Assembly (NCBI GenBank): GCA_051859245.1
Contig: JBHYGA010000001.1
Coordinates: 1,629,722 to 1,693,721, forward strand
Reading direction: 5' to 3'
Length of the DNA stretch: 64,000 bases
From: Gemmatimonadaceae bacterium
GTDB taxonomy: Bacteria > Gemmatimonadota > Gemmatimonadetes > Gemmatimonadales > Gemmatimonadaceae
Made by a program: the position numbers and the translations under genes. Positions 31,501 to 43,726 of this stretch are shown in pieces. The notes beneath the pieces were generated by a model. It was not told the DNA's origin, ran no database searches, and saw nothing but the letters and a program-made list of their open reading frames with translations. The number at the start of each line of letters is the position of its first letter. The first letter of the stretch is position 1.

Positions 31501-31656
31501 GGCACCGACCTGTTCCTGTGGACGAACTACTCGGGCCTTGATCCCATCGTGAACGGCAACACCGCCGCAGTTGGCGGTTCCGGCGCGGCGGGGATTGACT
31601 ACGGCAACTTCCCGATGCCGCGCGGTTTCGCGTTCGGCTTCCGGGTGGCGTACTGA
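28579..31656 (+). CDS. SusC/RagA-family TonB-dependent outer-membrane transporter
   Basis: Signal peptide, carboxypeptidase-like N-domain, EVVVTALG, PLFVIDG, DINPEDIESMVILKGPEASALYG and GAVVITTKRG motifs; ends in a Tyr. Confidence 0.95.
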   Translation: MMKTRVLAALFGLLLGAAPASAQEKVVTGKVTRDGSVPLSGVSVVIKGTSFLTQSNNAGDYSIRVSPGQVLQYRLIGYAPVERTVGADNVINVQIERSATNLNEVVVTALGQTAVQRSIGTAQQTVLGADIAATGRENFINGLQGRVAGVEVTSSSGVPGASASITIRGVSSISSSNQPLFVIDGLPMDNKTLNTNVLASDAPGSATAFNNRGLDFTNRAADINPEDIESMVILKGPEASALYGIDAANGAVVITTKRGKAGTGGLEYSNDFRIDNTRAQPVLQRTYGPSNTSGEFLTGFNYFGAPYADTTRFYNNIDGFFRTGFMQTHNLAFSGASGDNRINYRISAATTRQEGVVPGGVYNRVTLTGATGAQVTNWLRSDVTINYSQAGNDQAYKGANGPLIGLLLWPQTDDAADYLTPAGSRRRITTLAANNETDNPYFNVDKNRINSNNNRIIANVGLITTPFAWGNFRTNIGVDAYTNENLVLRHPESVYGALNRGILDVANDVTRNINLQNIFNVNAINLTDKFSISGFVGHSLNDSKSQTNALAGQDFLDPNFVSINNTNVRQNRTILSQRRLLSAFGQATANYNDYLFLTVTGRNDWTSTIPIERNSFFYPSINGAFIFSDAIPSIGKFMTGKLRGGYAEVGRDARPYAFRPSLEFKTTSFGGYGYGFTGPNRNLKPEFTRSYEIGTELGFFNDRLGVDFTTYRKQTKDQIVNDIRGSYATGFILFNLNGAVTRNEGIEVTVRGTPVLKRDFSWDIVTNFESARGRVLALPNELPESYVSDTWLYGNVRNGTAPNLSTRSLTGWFYLRDTVRGEVLIDPASGLPLRSNVFTDAGYDRQPDFTIGLENTLRYKRFSLKFLFDIRRGGDVLNATEHFLTTRGLSERTLDRDQPRVIEGVLRDGKENTDNPTRNTIVVIPSVQNGYYTGISEELFIEQDINWIRLRDVTLRMALPGKYFMARDASMFLRGTDLFLWTNYSGLDPIVNGNTAAVGGSGAAGIDYGNFPMPRGFAFGFRVAY

Positions 31657-31724
31657 ACATGAGCAACTTCTCCGAGCGCAAGGCGCATCGCGCCGCGCAG
31701 ACGAACCTGAACTTTCGGACATCG

Positions 31725-33296
31725 ATGAAACGAGCAACCGCTCTCCTGCTGGCCGGCGCGCTCACATTCACTGCGGGGTGTGATGAGTTCCTCGATGTGA
31801 ACGAGAATCCGAACGCGCCGCAAACCGTGACGGCTAATCTCTACCTGCCGCCGATGTTGTACTGGATGGGCACCGCCCCGCAGTGGGATGGTCGCTTCAT
31901 CGGCCGCTACACGCAGCAGTGGTACGTGCAAGGCACCACGTTCACCACATGGGATCGGATGGGATACGATCCGGGAAGTGACAACGGTGGGCAGGTGTGG
32001 CGCGAGGTGTACTGGAGCCTTGGCCAGAATCTTGTGGATATGATGGAGATCGCCGAGCGCGAAGAGCGCTGGGACCTGCTCGGCGTGGGTTACGCCATGA
32101 AGGCCTGGGGTTGGCATGCCTCCACGGTACTGCATGGCGAAATCATCGTGAAAGAAGCCATCGACCAGACGAAGTTCAGCTTCAACTACGATTCGCAGGA
32201 GTTCGTGTACGAGGAGACGCTACGGCTGCTTGATGAGGCCATCGAACTGCTGCAGCGTACGGACGGCGCGGTCGACGCCAGCTACATGGGCCGCACGGAC
32301 TTCATGTACCAGGGTGATCGCACCAAATGGCTGAAGTTCGCCTACGGCCTGAAGGCGCTCACACTAAACCATTATTCGAACAAGGCGAGCTACAAGCCCG
32401 CCGATGTCATCGCCGCCGTCAACAGCTCGTTCGCCAGCAACGCTGACGATGCGCTCGTGGCGTATCCGGCAACGCAGCCCAGCGTGGACCGCAACTTCTG
32501 GGGCGCCAGTCGCGGCAACTTGAACAACTACCGCCAGACGCGGTTCGTGCTCGGGTTGCTTGACGGAACCGTCTTCGCTGGTGCGCCGGATCCGCGTTTA
32601 TCGCGCATGCTCTCTCCGTCACCGGATGGACAGTATCGCGGATTGGATCCCAACGTGTTGGGCATGGGCGGCCTCATTGCGGCGCAGCAGCCAAACAACT
32701 TCCATGGATACGTCGGCACCGCCGGTGCCGGTCAACCGGGCCGCTATCTGTTTTCGGATAAGGCACGCATTCCGATCATCACCTATTCACAACTTCAGTT
32801 TGTGAAGGCGGAAGCGGCGTACAAGCTGGGTGACAAGGCGACCGCACGTGCCGCGTACATCAACGGCGTGTCATCGCACATTGACTTTGTGAATGCGCGC
32901 AATGCCGAAGATGGACAGTCGCCAACGCAAATCACTGCGGCTGAGAAAGCCGCGTTTCTTGCGAATCCCGCTGTTGTTCCAGCCTCACCGAACGACTTGA
33001 CGCTCACGCATATCATGTCGCAGAAGTACATCGCGCAGTTTGCGTGGGGGCACATGGAGCTGTGGATGGACATGCGCCGGTACAACTACACCGATATCGA
33101 TCCCGCCAGCGGACGTCAGGTGTTCCCTGGTTTCGCACCACCGATCAATCTGTTTCCTGACAACGGCGGCAGGGTTGTTCAGCGTTTGCGTCCTCGGTTC
33201 AACTCGGAATATGTCTGGAATATCCCGGGCCTTGAAGCGATTGGCGGCACCGCCGCCGACTACCACACCAAGCCGCTCTGGATCACTCAACCGTAA
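31725..33296 (+). CDS. SusD/RagB-family lipoprotein
   Basis: Lipobox FTAG-C, DVNENPNAP, QFVKAEA, SQKYIA and WMDMRR motifs; directly after susC-like gene. Confidence 0.9.
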   Translation: MKRATALLLAGALTFTAGCDEFLDVNENPNAPQTVTANLYLPPMLYWMGTAPQWDGRFIGRYTQQWYVQGTTFTTWDRMGYDPGSDNGGQVWREVYWSLGQNLVDMMEIAEREERWDLLGVGYAMKAWGWHASTVLHGEIIVKEAIDQTKFSFNYDSQEFVYEETLRLLDEAIELLQRTDGAVDASYMGRTDFMYQGDRTKWLKFAYGLKALTLNHYSNKASYKPADVIAAVNSSFASNADDALVAYPATQPSVDRNFWGASRGNLNNYRQTRFVLGLLDGTVFAGAPDPRLSRMLSPSPDGQYRGLDPNVLGMGGLIAAQQPNNFHGYVGTAGAGQPGRYLFSDKARIPIITYSQLQFVKAEAAYKLGDKATARAAYINGVSSHIDFVNARNAEDGQSPTQITAAEKAAFLANPAVVPASPNDLTLTHIMSQKYIAQFAWGHMELWMDMRRYNYTDIDPASGRQVFPGFAPPINLFPDNGGRVVQRLRPRFNSEYVWNIPGLEAIGGTAADYHTKPLWITQP

Positions 33297-33302
33297 CCAG
33301 CG

Positions 33303-34076
33303 ATGAACATATTCCGATCGATTGCGGTGCTTCTGTGCGCCGTCTCGCTTGCCGCGTGCGAGAAAAACGCGGTGCAAGACATTACGGGTTCGTTGCCTGA
33401 GTCGCGGATCAAGTTCTTCAACTTTGGCGTAAACGCGCCTTCGGTGAACTTCTACGCAGACGAGACCAAGGTCACGGGCATCAACTCCCTGACAGGCGCC
33501 GAGTCTACGCTAGGCGTGGCCTCCGGCGGCGTAGCCAGCGGTGGCTTCTACTCCGCCATGGATCCCGGCCAGTACTCGTTCTCGGCGCGTATTTCAGCGG
33601 CCGTCGACAAAAATTTGCCGATCACGGCGGCGCAGAGCACGCTCGAGACTGGCAAGGCGTACTCGTTCTACGTCAGCGGTATCTACAATACCACGACCAA
33701 ATCGGCAGAAAGCTTTGTCGTTGAGGACAACTTTCCGGATGCCTTCGACTACACAACAGCGTACGTGCGCTTTGTGAACGCGATTTCAAACGCGAATCCG
33801 ATGACGTTGTATGGCACGAACACTTCACCTGTTCAGCCTGAGATCGCCATTGGCGGGGCGGTTGCGTACAAGTCGGCCGGCGCATTCGTGCCGGTGCCTC
33901 CTGGGGTCTACAACCTCGCAACTCGTTACCCGAACACCACAACCAACGCCATTGCGCGCACAGGCGTGTCGTTCGTAGCGGGACGCGTGTACACAATCGG
34001 TGCCCGTGGCGACATCACCGTCACGTCCACCACGTTGGCAACACGTCCGCAGCTCGACCTCACCGCCAATCGTTAA
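33303..34076 (+). CDS. DUF4397-like lipoprotein
   Basis: Lipobox LAA-C; two repeats (RIKFFNF...GKAYSFY and YVRFVNA...GRVYTI). Confidence 0.75.
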   Translation: MNIFRSIAVLLCAVSLAACEKNAVQDITGSLPESRIKFFNFGVNAPSVNFYADETKVTGINSLTGAESTLGVASGGVASGGFYSAMDPGQYSFSARISAAVDKNLPITAAQSTLETGKAYSFYVSGIYNTTTKSAESFVVEDNFPDAFDYTTAYVRFVNAISNANPMTLYGTNTSPVQPEIAIGGAVAYKSAGAFVPVPPGVYNLATRYPNTTTNAIARTGVSFVAGRVYTIGARGDITVTSTTLATRPQLDLTANR

Positions 34077-34102
34077 CTGGCGTCACGGACGCGTACGAGT
34101 TG

Positions 34103-34136
34103 AGAAGCCCCCGGCCAGTGCCGGGGGCTTCTTTGT
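34103..34136 (+). terminator. Intrinsic terminator hairpin
   Basis: Perfect 13 bp stem AGAAGCCCCCGGC-CAGT-GCCGGGGGCTTCT followed by TTGT, between convergent genes. Confidence 0.85.
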
Positions 34137-34200
34137 GTGCATTCACGCAGAACACGCAAACATCAATGCCGCGTATCGCGTTCAAAGATTGAGCGTTTAG

Positions 34201-35601
34201 TTATCGCGTCCAGAAAATGACGCTTCCGCAGCCCGCCAGCGGCGGCACGAACTGGGGAGGCGCCTGCGATTCGCGATACACCTCCAATCCAATGATCTGT
34301 TCCGGACGCACCAGCAGGTCGATATCAGCCGGAGTCAATCCCTGCATCAGCGAGCCGTTCAGATACACGAAGGGAACGCAGCGCTCCTCCGTTAGTCCAC
34401 GCATCGTGAGCGTTTGTTCGGCGCCGTAGCCCTCGAGAAATAGTCCCGGTACCACCGGAAACAGTTCCGACGTGACGAGCGCTCGCCGACGCGCGATGTC
34501 TTCAGCCGTCAGAAACTGCCCGAGGCCTGAGCGACTGCGCGCCTTGAACTCTTCGATGCGACTGAAGCGATCGTAGTTGGCAATTACCTTCAGCGTGTCA
34601 ATCACCGACTGATAGGTCTGCATGGCCACCCGTACCGAAGGCGAGCCCTCAGCCACATTCACGGTTCGTCGTTCCGGGTAGTAGCCAACCGCGCGCACCT
34701 CGAGCGTTCGTGTGCCGAGCGGCGCGTCTGCAATCGCGAACTCGCCGCTCGCGTTAGCGCGAGCCGTAGGTCCGTTCACAATGGTGACCTGTGCGCCAGG
34801 CAGTGGCTGTCCTGAGGTGGAGCTGACCGTAGTACCACGAAGGGGCCCGCTCCCTGCACCCACGCTCAGTTCCTGCAGGAGAAATCCAGCGACTGGAACT
34901 TCCACTTCCACATACGCCGTGCTGTCGCGCGCGCGCTTGGCGAAGAGCAACATTGAGCCTGGTGAGGGCACGCCACACAACGCGTACCAGCCGTTGTCAC
35001 TGCTCGTCGTTTCGCGCCGTATCGTGCGCCGACTCATGCCGCCCTTGTTGAACGAAAGCTCGACCCATTCGCCAGCAACCTGTGCGCCGCCCAGCGGGTT
35101 TCCGCTTCGGGCATCGCGGACAACACCCGTGACAACCGCCGTTCCACTCTGCACGCCGCGCGTTGCACAGATGGTGCGACGAAGTGTCGCCGTGGACGGG
35201 ATCGACAGTTCCGTCTCCAGCGTGGATTGTCCAGTCACGCGCACGTCACGCGCAATCGGAGACAGCCCAAGCGAATCCAGCATGCCGTGAAAAAATCCGA
35301 GTGTGTAGCGACCGCTGGGTACGCGCTCAAACGTGTAGGCGCCAGCGGTGTCAGACAACACCGTCGCGCTGAAATCGGACTCGGTGTCCGCAGAGACCAG
35401 TTGTACCAGTGCACCAGCAAGCGGCCGCCCGCCAACGCTGTCGAAGACCGATCCGCGCACCGTGGTTGCGCGCGTCACCGGCGCTGATGCCGGACCGGGT
35501 GCTATGGCATCAGTACCGCGCGGCCCACCGGCCAACGGGAACGTGGCGGCAGCGAACAGCGGCAGAACGACCGCGAAAAGAACGAAACGGGTGATGACCA
35601 A
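34201..35601 (-). CDS. Secreted protein with repeated carboxypeptidase-regulatory-like domains and a C-terminal TonB-plug-like domain
   Basis: Signal peptide, three G-x-V-x-D/S...PL-x-GA-x-V units, and a plug-like end (FLTAEDI...VYLNG...PEQIIGLEVYR...CGSVIFWTR); no barrel. Confidence 0.7.
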   Translation of the reverse strand: MVITRFVLFAVVLPLFAAATFPLAGGPRGTDAIAPGPASAPVTRATTVRGSVFDSVGGRPLAGALVQLVSADTESDFSATVLSDTAGAYTFERVPSGRYTLGFFHGMLDSLGLSPIARDVRVTGQSTLETELSIPSTATLRRTICATRGVQSGTAVVTGVVRDARSGNPLGGAQVAGEWVELSFNKGGMSRRTIRRETTSSDNGWYALCGVPSPGSMLLFAKRARDSTAYVEVEVPVAGFLLQELSVGAGSGPLRGTTVSSTSGQPLPGAQVTIVNGPTARANASGEFAIADAPLGTRTLEVRAVGYYPERRTVNVAEGSPSVRVAMQTYQSVIDTLKVIANYDRFSRIEEFKARSRSGLGQFLTAEDIARRRALVTSELFPVVPGLFLEGYGAEQTLTMRGLTEERCVPFVYLNGSLMQGLTPADIDLLVRPEQIIGLEVYRESQAPPQFVPPLAGCGSVIFWTR

Positions 35602-35803
35602 CCGTCAAATCCGGACGAAGGTGAGAGGGCGCGACCAACGCCGAAGCTATACCCCGCGCCCCGGCGAGGGATCGCTGGTTTTTGTGCCTCTGGCAGTATG
35701 GCGCGACACGCTGCCGTGCGCCATGATGTGGGCAGCGCGTCGATGGTCAAAGGCACCCTCTCGGTTGCGACGCGTTGCACATGTCCTCCAGCCAAGCCCG
35801 CAT

Positions 35804-36178
35804 ATGCTTCGCACACCAGGACGACTCGCCCGAATCGCCGCCGTGGCGCTCACCACCGTGTTCACCGGATGTATTGGACTGGTGAACCATGCCACGCCCA
35901 TCGTTCCTCCCACGCGTGACGCGCTGGATGTACCCATTCAGTTTGTCACCGAAGACATGCCCGTCGAGGCCACCGCCTACGATACACTGCCGGGAACGGG
36001 CTGCCGAAATCCGCTCCTTGATCCGCGTGACGGCACACCGCTGCGTCTGGGCAGCTCGATCTCAGGCGTCGGTGAATACGAAGTGCCCAGTGGGCGCTAT
36101 GGCGTGAACGCCCACGAACGCCTGCGCGTGGACTGCAATACCGGTCGTTCCCTCGGCATTGTCAGCATTCGTGGCTGA
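35804..36178 (+). CDS. Small hypothetical lipoprotein
   Basis: Lipobox VFTG-C; CRNPLLDPRDG, GEYEVPSGRYGV and LRVDC segments. Confidence 0.7.
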   Translation: MLRTPGRLARIAAVALTTVFTGCIGLVNHATPIVPPTRDALDVPIQFVTEDMPVEATAYDTLPGTGCRNPLLDPRDGTPLRLGSSISGVGEYEVPSGRYGVNAHERLRVDCNTGRSLGIVSIRG

Positions 36179-37103
36179 GCAACGCCCCGTCGCCGTTGCG
36201 GCGGCCCTGCTGTTCACGCTCTCTCCGTTCTGGACGGGCGCGAGTACGCTGTGCGCGCAAACGGCAGCACCGCCGACGCCACAACAGCAATCGCCCATGG
36301 TGGAGACCACGCGTGCGCACGAGCGGCTGACGCAGCGCGACGTGCCGGGCGATCTCCGAAGTATTCCCGGTCCCGGTGGCCGGGCAATGTCGCTCTGGAT
36401 TCCACAAGACTATGCGCGGCGCAACGGCGACGACCTCGTGATTCATTTTCACGGCGCGGCGTGGTTGCCCGTGCAAGCGGCATCACAACTCGCGAATGCA
36501 CCCGTTGTTGCGGTGGTGAATCTCGGTGCGGGCTCGTCGGCGTACGACCGCGCGTTCAACAACGCCACCAGCTTCGACTCGTTGCTGCAGGCCGTTCGCA
36601 CACAGCTTCCAAACATATGGACTCCACGTCGCGTATCGCTCACCGCGTTTTCGGCCGGACACGGTGCAGTACGTGCAATTCTGAGTACGGCGGCGAACGC
36701 AGAACGCGTGCACAACGTGCTGCTCCTTGATGGTATGCACACGTCCTACGTACCCGAGGGACGCGTTCTGCATGAGGGCGGGGCACTCGACACGATCAAT
36801 CTGCTCGCGCTCGAGCGCTTTGCGCATGCTGCAATCCGCGCGGACACGCGCATGATCATCACCCACTCGGAAGTTTTCCCCGGGAGCTACGCGAGTACCA
36901 CCGAAACGGCAGACTGGTTGGTGCACCGCCTCGGATTGCGTCGCACGCCTACGCTGAGCTGGGGGCCACGGGGCATGCAGCAACTGAGCGAGGTCAACGC
37001 GAGCGGGTTTACGCTACTCGGATTCGCCGGCAACAGCGCGCCCGATCATATCGATCACTTCCACGCCATGCCTGAACTACTCGCACGGCTGCTTGCCAAA
37101 TGA
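36159..37103 (+). CDS. Secreted alpha/beta-hydrolase-fold protein
   Basis: Signal peptide, IHFHG, nucleophile-elbow-like AFSAGHG, LLLDG and a C-terminal DH. Confidence 0.65.
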   Translation: MSAFVAEQRPVAVAAALLFTLSPFWTGASTLCAQTAAPPTPQQQSPMVETTRAHERLTQRDVPGDLRSIPGPGGRAMSLWIPQDYARRNGDDLVIHFHGAAWLPVQAASQLANAPVVAVVNLGAGSSAYDRAFNNATSFDSLLQAVRTQLPNIWTPRRVSLTAFSAGHGAVRAILSTAANAERVHNVLLLDGMHTSYVPEGRVLHEGGALDTINLLALERFAHAAIRADTRMIITHSEVFPGSYASTTETADWLVHRLGLRRTPTLSWGPRGMQQLSEVNASGFTLLGFAGNSAPDHIDHFHAMPELLARLLAK

Positions 37104-38289
37104 TGAGCAAAACGACCCGCACGCTCGCCCCGTGACGACCAGCGCGTGGTGGCACGACGTAGAAACCGATACCAATCCGGTCACGCAGCAACTCGCTCGC
37201 ATTCGCGCGCCGCTCGAGCACGATACATCAACAGACGTGTGCGTGATTGGACTCGGTGGTTCCGGACTCGCGGCGGTACTTGAAGCACGACTGCTCGGCG
37301 CACGCGTACTCGGCATTGACGCGTCGCGCATTGCCGGCGCGGCCGCTGGTCGCAATGGTGGACTGCTGCTTGGTGGCATGGCCCCGTTTCATCATGACGT
37401 AGTGACTGCTATTGGCGCGTCGCACGCCACGGCTCTCTATCGGCACACACTCGCAGAGCTTGAGCGCATGCACGCGGTTTCGCCGGAACACTGCTGGTGG
37501 CCCGGCTCGCTGCGCATCGCGCAAGACGACGAGGAACTCGCCGATTGCGAGCGCCAGCTCGCGCGCATGCAGGCCGACCACCTGCCAGTTGAGTGGTACC
37601 GAGGCGCAGAGGGCGAGGGGTTGCTCTTTCCCAGAGATGGCGCGTGTCATCCGGTACGACGCGTGCTCGCACTCGCGCACTTCGCAGAATACGAAGGCGC
37701 GCAACTCGCCGAGCACACGCCTGTGGCGCACATCGAACCGGGAACGGTGCACCTCACCAACGGCGCGCGCGTATTTGCGCAGCACATCCTGGTGTGTTCC
37801 GATGGCGCGCTCGCATCACTCGTTCCCTCGATTGCGCCACGCACGCGTTCGGTCCGACTGCAAATGCTGGCCACTGCGCCAACGCGCGATGTGCACATTC
37901 CACGGCCTGTGTACGCACGGTATGGATACGACTACTGGCAGCAGCTTGCCGAGGGGCGCATTCTCTTTGGCGGCGGCCGTGATCAGTTCGAAGACGCAGA
38001 ATACACCGCGAGCGATGAACCAACCGAACAACTACAGCGTTGGCTGGAAACGCGGTTGCGCGAGGCCACCGGAACGCGTGCACAGATCACGCATCGATGG
38101 GCCGCAACGGTGAGCTACTCGCATGACGACCTGCCAATTGCCGAACAAACCGCCCCGGGCATCTGGGCGGCCGGCTCGTACAGCGGCACGGGCAACGTGG
38201 TGGGCGCCCTGTGCGCGCGCGGGATCGCTCGGCGCGCACTCGGGCATGCAGATCGGTTTCTCGACGCGCTCGACGCGTGTCGCGCGTAA
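37093..38289 (+). CDS. FAD-dependent oxidoreductase (DAO/PuuB family)
   Basis: VIGLGGSG, AAGRNGG and GSYSGTG motifs. Confidence 0.88.
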   Translation: MPNDEQNDPHARPVTTSAWWHDVETDTNPVTQQLARIRAPLEHDTSTDVCVIGLGGSGLAAVLEARLLGARVLGIDASRIAGAAAGRNGGLLLGGMAPFHHDVVTAIGASHATALYRHTLAELERMHAVSPEHCWWPGSLRIAQDDEELADCERQLARMQADHLPVEWYRGAEGEGLLFPRDGACHPVRRVLALAHFAEYEGAQLAEHTPVAHIEPGTVHLTNGARVFAQHILVCSDGALASLVPSIAPRTRSVRLQMLATAPTRDVHIPRPVYARYGYDYWQQLAEGRILFGGGRDQFEDAEYTASDEPTEQLQRWLETRLREATGTRAQITHRWAATVSYSHDDLPIAEQTAPGIWAAGSYSGTGNVVGALCARGIARRALGHADRFLDALDACRA

Positions 38290-38341
38290 CGCGTACGCCA
38301 CACGCGCAACGCTCCAGGCGCGTCACGCGAGTGGCGTGCTG

Positions 38342-40983
<2,642 letters not shown>

Positions 40984-42109
40984 GCTTGGCCTTTCGCGCC
41001 GGCTCACGGCTATGGTGAAAAGAGAGTGTCGCGGTGGTCGTATCGGCGAGTGAACGGAACGTGAGTCCGGCCGCGACTTCACGGCTCAGATCAAATCGCG
41101 CAAAGCCTTCATAGCCCGGGGTTGGCGGACGCCACACCGGCATTTCCTGATACGGGCGAATTCCTTGCGTGGCGAGAAACTCGCGTGGAATCCACGTCCA
41201 TGTGAGCGGCGTGGTCGTTGCGCCCGCGATACCGTACAAGAACTCCGCCATGGAACGACCGTTCTCCGGACCCACACCCATGAACGTGCCGTACGTTTTC
41301 GCTTCGCACAGACGCACCGCCCATTCGCACAGGTCGCGCACGTCAATCACCTGAATGCGATCGTTGTTCGGGTCACCCGGCGCGAGAATCTCCCCACCTC
41401 GCTCAATACGCACCGGCCAGTACGTGAAACGATCGGTGTCATCGCCCGGGCCGACAATCAACCCCGGGCGAACAATCGTACTGCGATTCCCAAACGCCGC
41501 GCGCACTTCCGCTTCGGCCAACGATTTGGCGAGTCCGTATGGAAACGGCTGACCCTCGCGCCAGTTCGGTGTATTGCTCTTGTTCAACAGCGGTGCATCC
41601 ACCGTGCCCGGCACTTTGCTCAAGTCCGAAAACACGGAGCGTGTTGAGATGAAGAGATACTGATCGGCCGCGTCTTTGAGCAAACCGGCCGAATCCTTCA
41701 CCCACATCGGGGCATCGGCGCGCGACGCGGAGTTATCAATCACCGCGTCCCACTTGCGACCAGCGAGTGATTTCAGATCACCCGTGGCGCGATCGCCGGT
41801 GAGTTCTTCAACACCTGGAAACACGCCGGGTGCGGAACGACCGCGATTGAAGATCGTGACTTCGTGCCCGCGTGCCACGGCGTAGCGCACCTGGTGCGGT
41901 CCGATAAAGCCTGTGCCGCCAAGAATCAGCAGCTTGATGCGACGAGGTGCCGCAGACGTTGTCTGGAGCCGCGAGAACATCGGCGAGCTGGTCGCTGCCT
42001 GCAGCGCGCCCGGTGCGCCGAGCGACAACGCCGCAGCACCACCGGCGAGACCGAGATTGGTAAGAAAGTCGCGACGAGTATGCATGAGATTTTCCTGAGG
42101 ACGAATGGA

Positions 42110-43597
42110 TTACGGAGTAGTCGCGGCAGGGCGGGGAAACGGACCGTCGCGCATCGCGGCCTGATAGGCAAAGGTCGCGAGCACGACAGACGCCTGCTTG
42201 AGCGCCTCAAGTGGTACGCGCTCGAACGTGTCCATGTTGGTGTGGTGGGCCCGAACATCGTACTCGGTATAGTCCTGAATCGTGTTGAACGCCGGCAAGC
42301 CGAGCGCGCTGAACGCGAGGTGATCCGTGTTCGTGATTTTTTCGATGATGTTGCGACGCGTACCAATGTCACGTAGCGGAGCCAGCCAGCCGTCAAAAAT
42401 ATTCTTCGCGGCTTCATTGCCTTCGGAGTACCAGCCGTAAATCGGACCGGTGCCTGGATCGTTGTTCAGATACACGGAGAATTTCGCGCGAGCCGCAGCA
42501 TTCGCGTCTCCGGCAAGATGACGTTGCGCGTACGCGCGTGCGCCAAGCAGTCCGAGTTCTTCCGCGCCCCAGAGAGCAGCTCGAATGGTTCGGCGTGGGC
42601 GCACACCACTGGCCTTGAGAATCCGCATCGCCTCAATCAATTCGGCAACGGCGTCGGCGTTATCGGTGGCGCCGGTGGCCGAGTGCCACGAATCGATGTG
42701 CGCACCGAGCAATACGACTTCATCCCCAATCAACGGATCCGTTCCGGGAATCTCCGCGATCACGTTGTAGCTGCTGGTGTCGGCCGTGTGATATTTGCTC
42801 TGCACGTTCACGCGCAGCGTGATGTCACTGCCGGCCTGCAGTCCGCGCACCAGCATGTTGTACTGCTCCGATGATACGATGAGCGATGGCACCGAGTTCT
42901 CGGCTGTGCTGGTGCGACTGCCAAGCACAAACATGGTGCCTTCGTTGCCTTCGGTGGGACGCAACACTGCGGCGGCACCTGCGCTGTGCAGCAACGACTG
43001 CAGCGCGTTGCGCGCCAATGGACCAGCGGCATTTTGCGGACGCGGTGCGCCAATCGGTACGGGCGCGTCGTGTTCGGTTGGCTGCAGACGATCCTTGGTG
43101 ATGAAAAACTCCTGCGGCTTGGTGGCCAGTACGATCTTGCCACGAAGTGATGACGCAATCGCACGCACCGCATCAGCGTTCGCCAGATCACCAATGTAGA
43201 CCGGCCTTCCCGTGATCTCGCCACTGGTTGACGGAGTCCAACCTTCTGCGTAGCCAATCAGCGGCATGTAGCGCGGCGCGATCAGCTCGAACGTTTGCTT
43301 CTCCAGCGTCCAGCCTTTACCAAACGGAAACGGCTCAAGATGCACGTTGCTCAGACCGAACTCGCGCAGCTTACCCGCTGCCCAGTCCGCGGCCTGCTTG
43401 TCGGCGGGACTGCCTGCCAAACGAGGTCCGATCACATTGGTGAGATGATTGAACAGCTCCGCGGCGCGCGAGCGATTCAGTCCTTCGTCGCGAATGCGAG
43501 TGAGCGTCGCGGCGTCTTGCGAACGCAGCGAGTGGACAGGGCTGGCCAGCGCGACCAGCAGCGCGGCGCGGGCGAGATTCAAGTGCGTGGATCGCAT
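42110..43597 (-). CDS. M28 family metallopeptidase (carboxypeptidase Q-like)
   Basis: Signal peptide; IGPRLAGS, GAHIDSWH, GATDNA, GAEELGLLG and HHTNMD motifs. Confidence 0.9.
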   Translation of the reverse strand: MRSTHLNLARAALLVALASPVHSLRSQDAATLTRIRDEGLNRSRAAELFNHLTNVIGPRLAGSPADKQAADWAAGKLREFGLSNVHLEPFPFGKGWTLEKQTFELIAPRYMPLIGYAEGWTPSTSGEITGRPVYIGDLANADAVRAIASSLRGKIVLATKPQEFFITKDRLQPTEHDAPVPIGAPRPQNAAGPLARNALQSLLHSAGAAAVLRPTEGNEGTMFVLGSRTSTAENSVPSLIVSSEQYNMLVRGLQAGSDITLRVNVQSKYHTADTSSYNVIAEIPGTDPLIGDEVVLLGAHIDSWHSATGATDNADAVAELIEAMRILKASGVRPRRTIRAALWGAEELGLLGARAYAQRHLAGDANAAARAKFSVYLNNDPGTGPIYGWYSEGNEAAKNIFDGWLAPLRDIGTRRNIIEKITNTDHLAFSALGLPAFNTIQDYTEYDVRAHHTNMDTFERVPLEALKQASVVLATFAYQAAMRDGPFPRPAATTP

Positions 43598-43726
43598 TGG
43601 GACGGTCGCGGTGGGAAGGCTCGGCAGCGCGTCGCCGAGCGAAATGCGGGATTGGAGCGCGGTCAAATGACCGGCCTTCGTCTGTCGAACATACCCCAGC
43701 GCCCCCAGCGGGGATAGATTTCAGGG

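Noticed and set aside
38290..38341. Imperfect inverted repeat between the oxidoreductase and argG
   Set aside because: Probably an ordinary weak bidirectional terminator; no other copies noticed, so not a REP-like family
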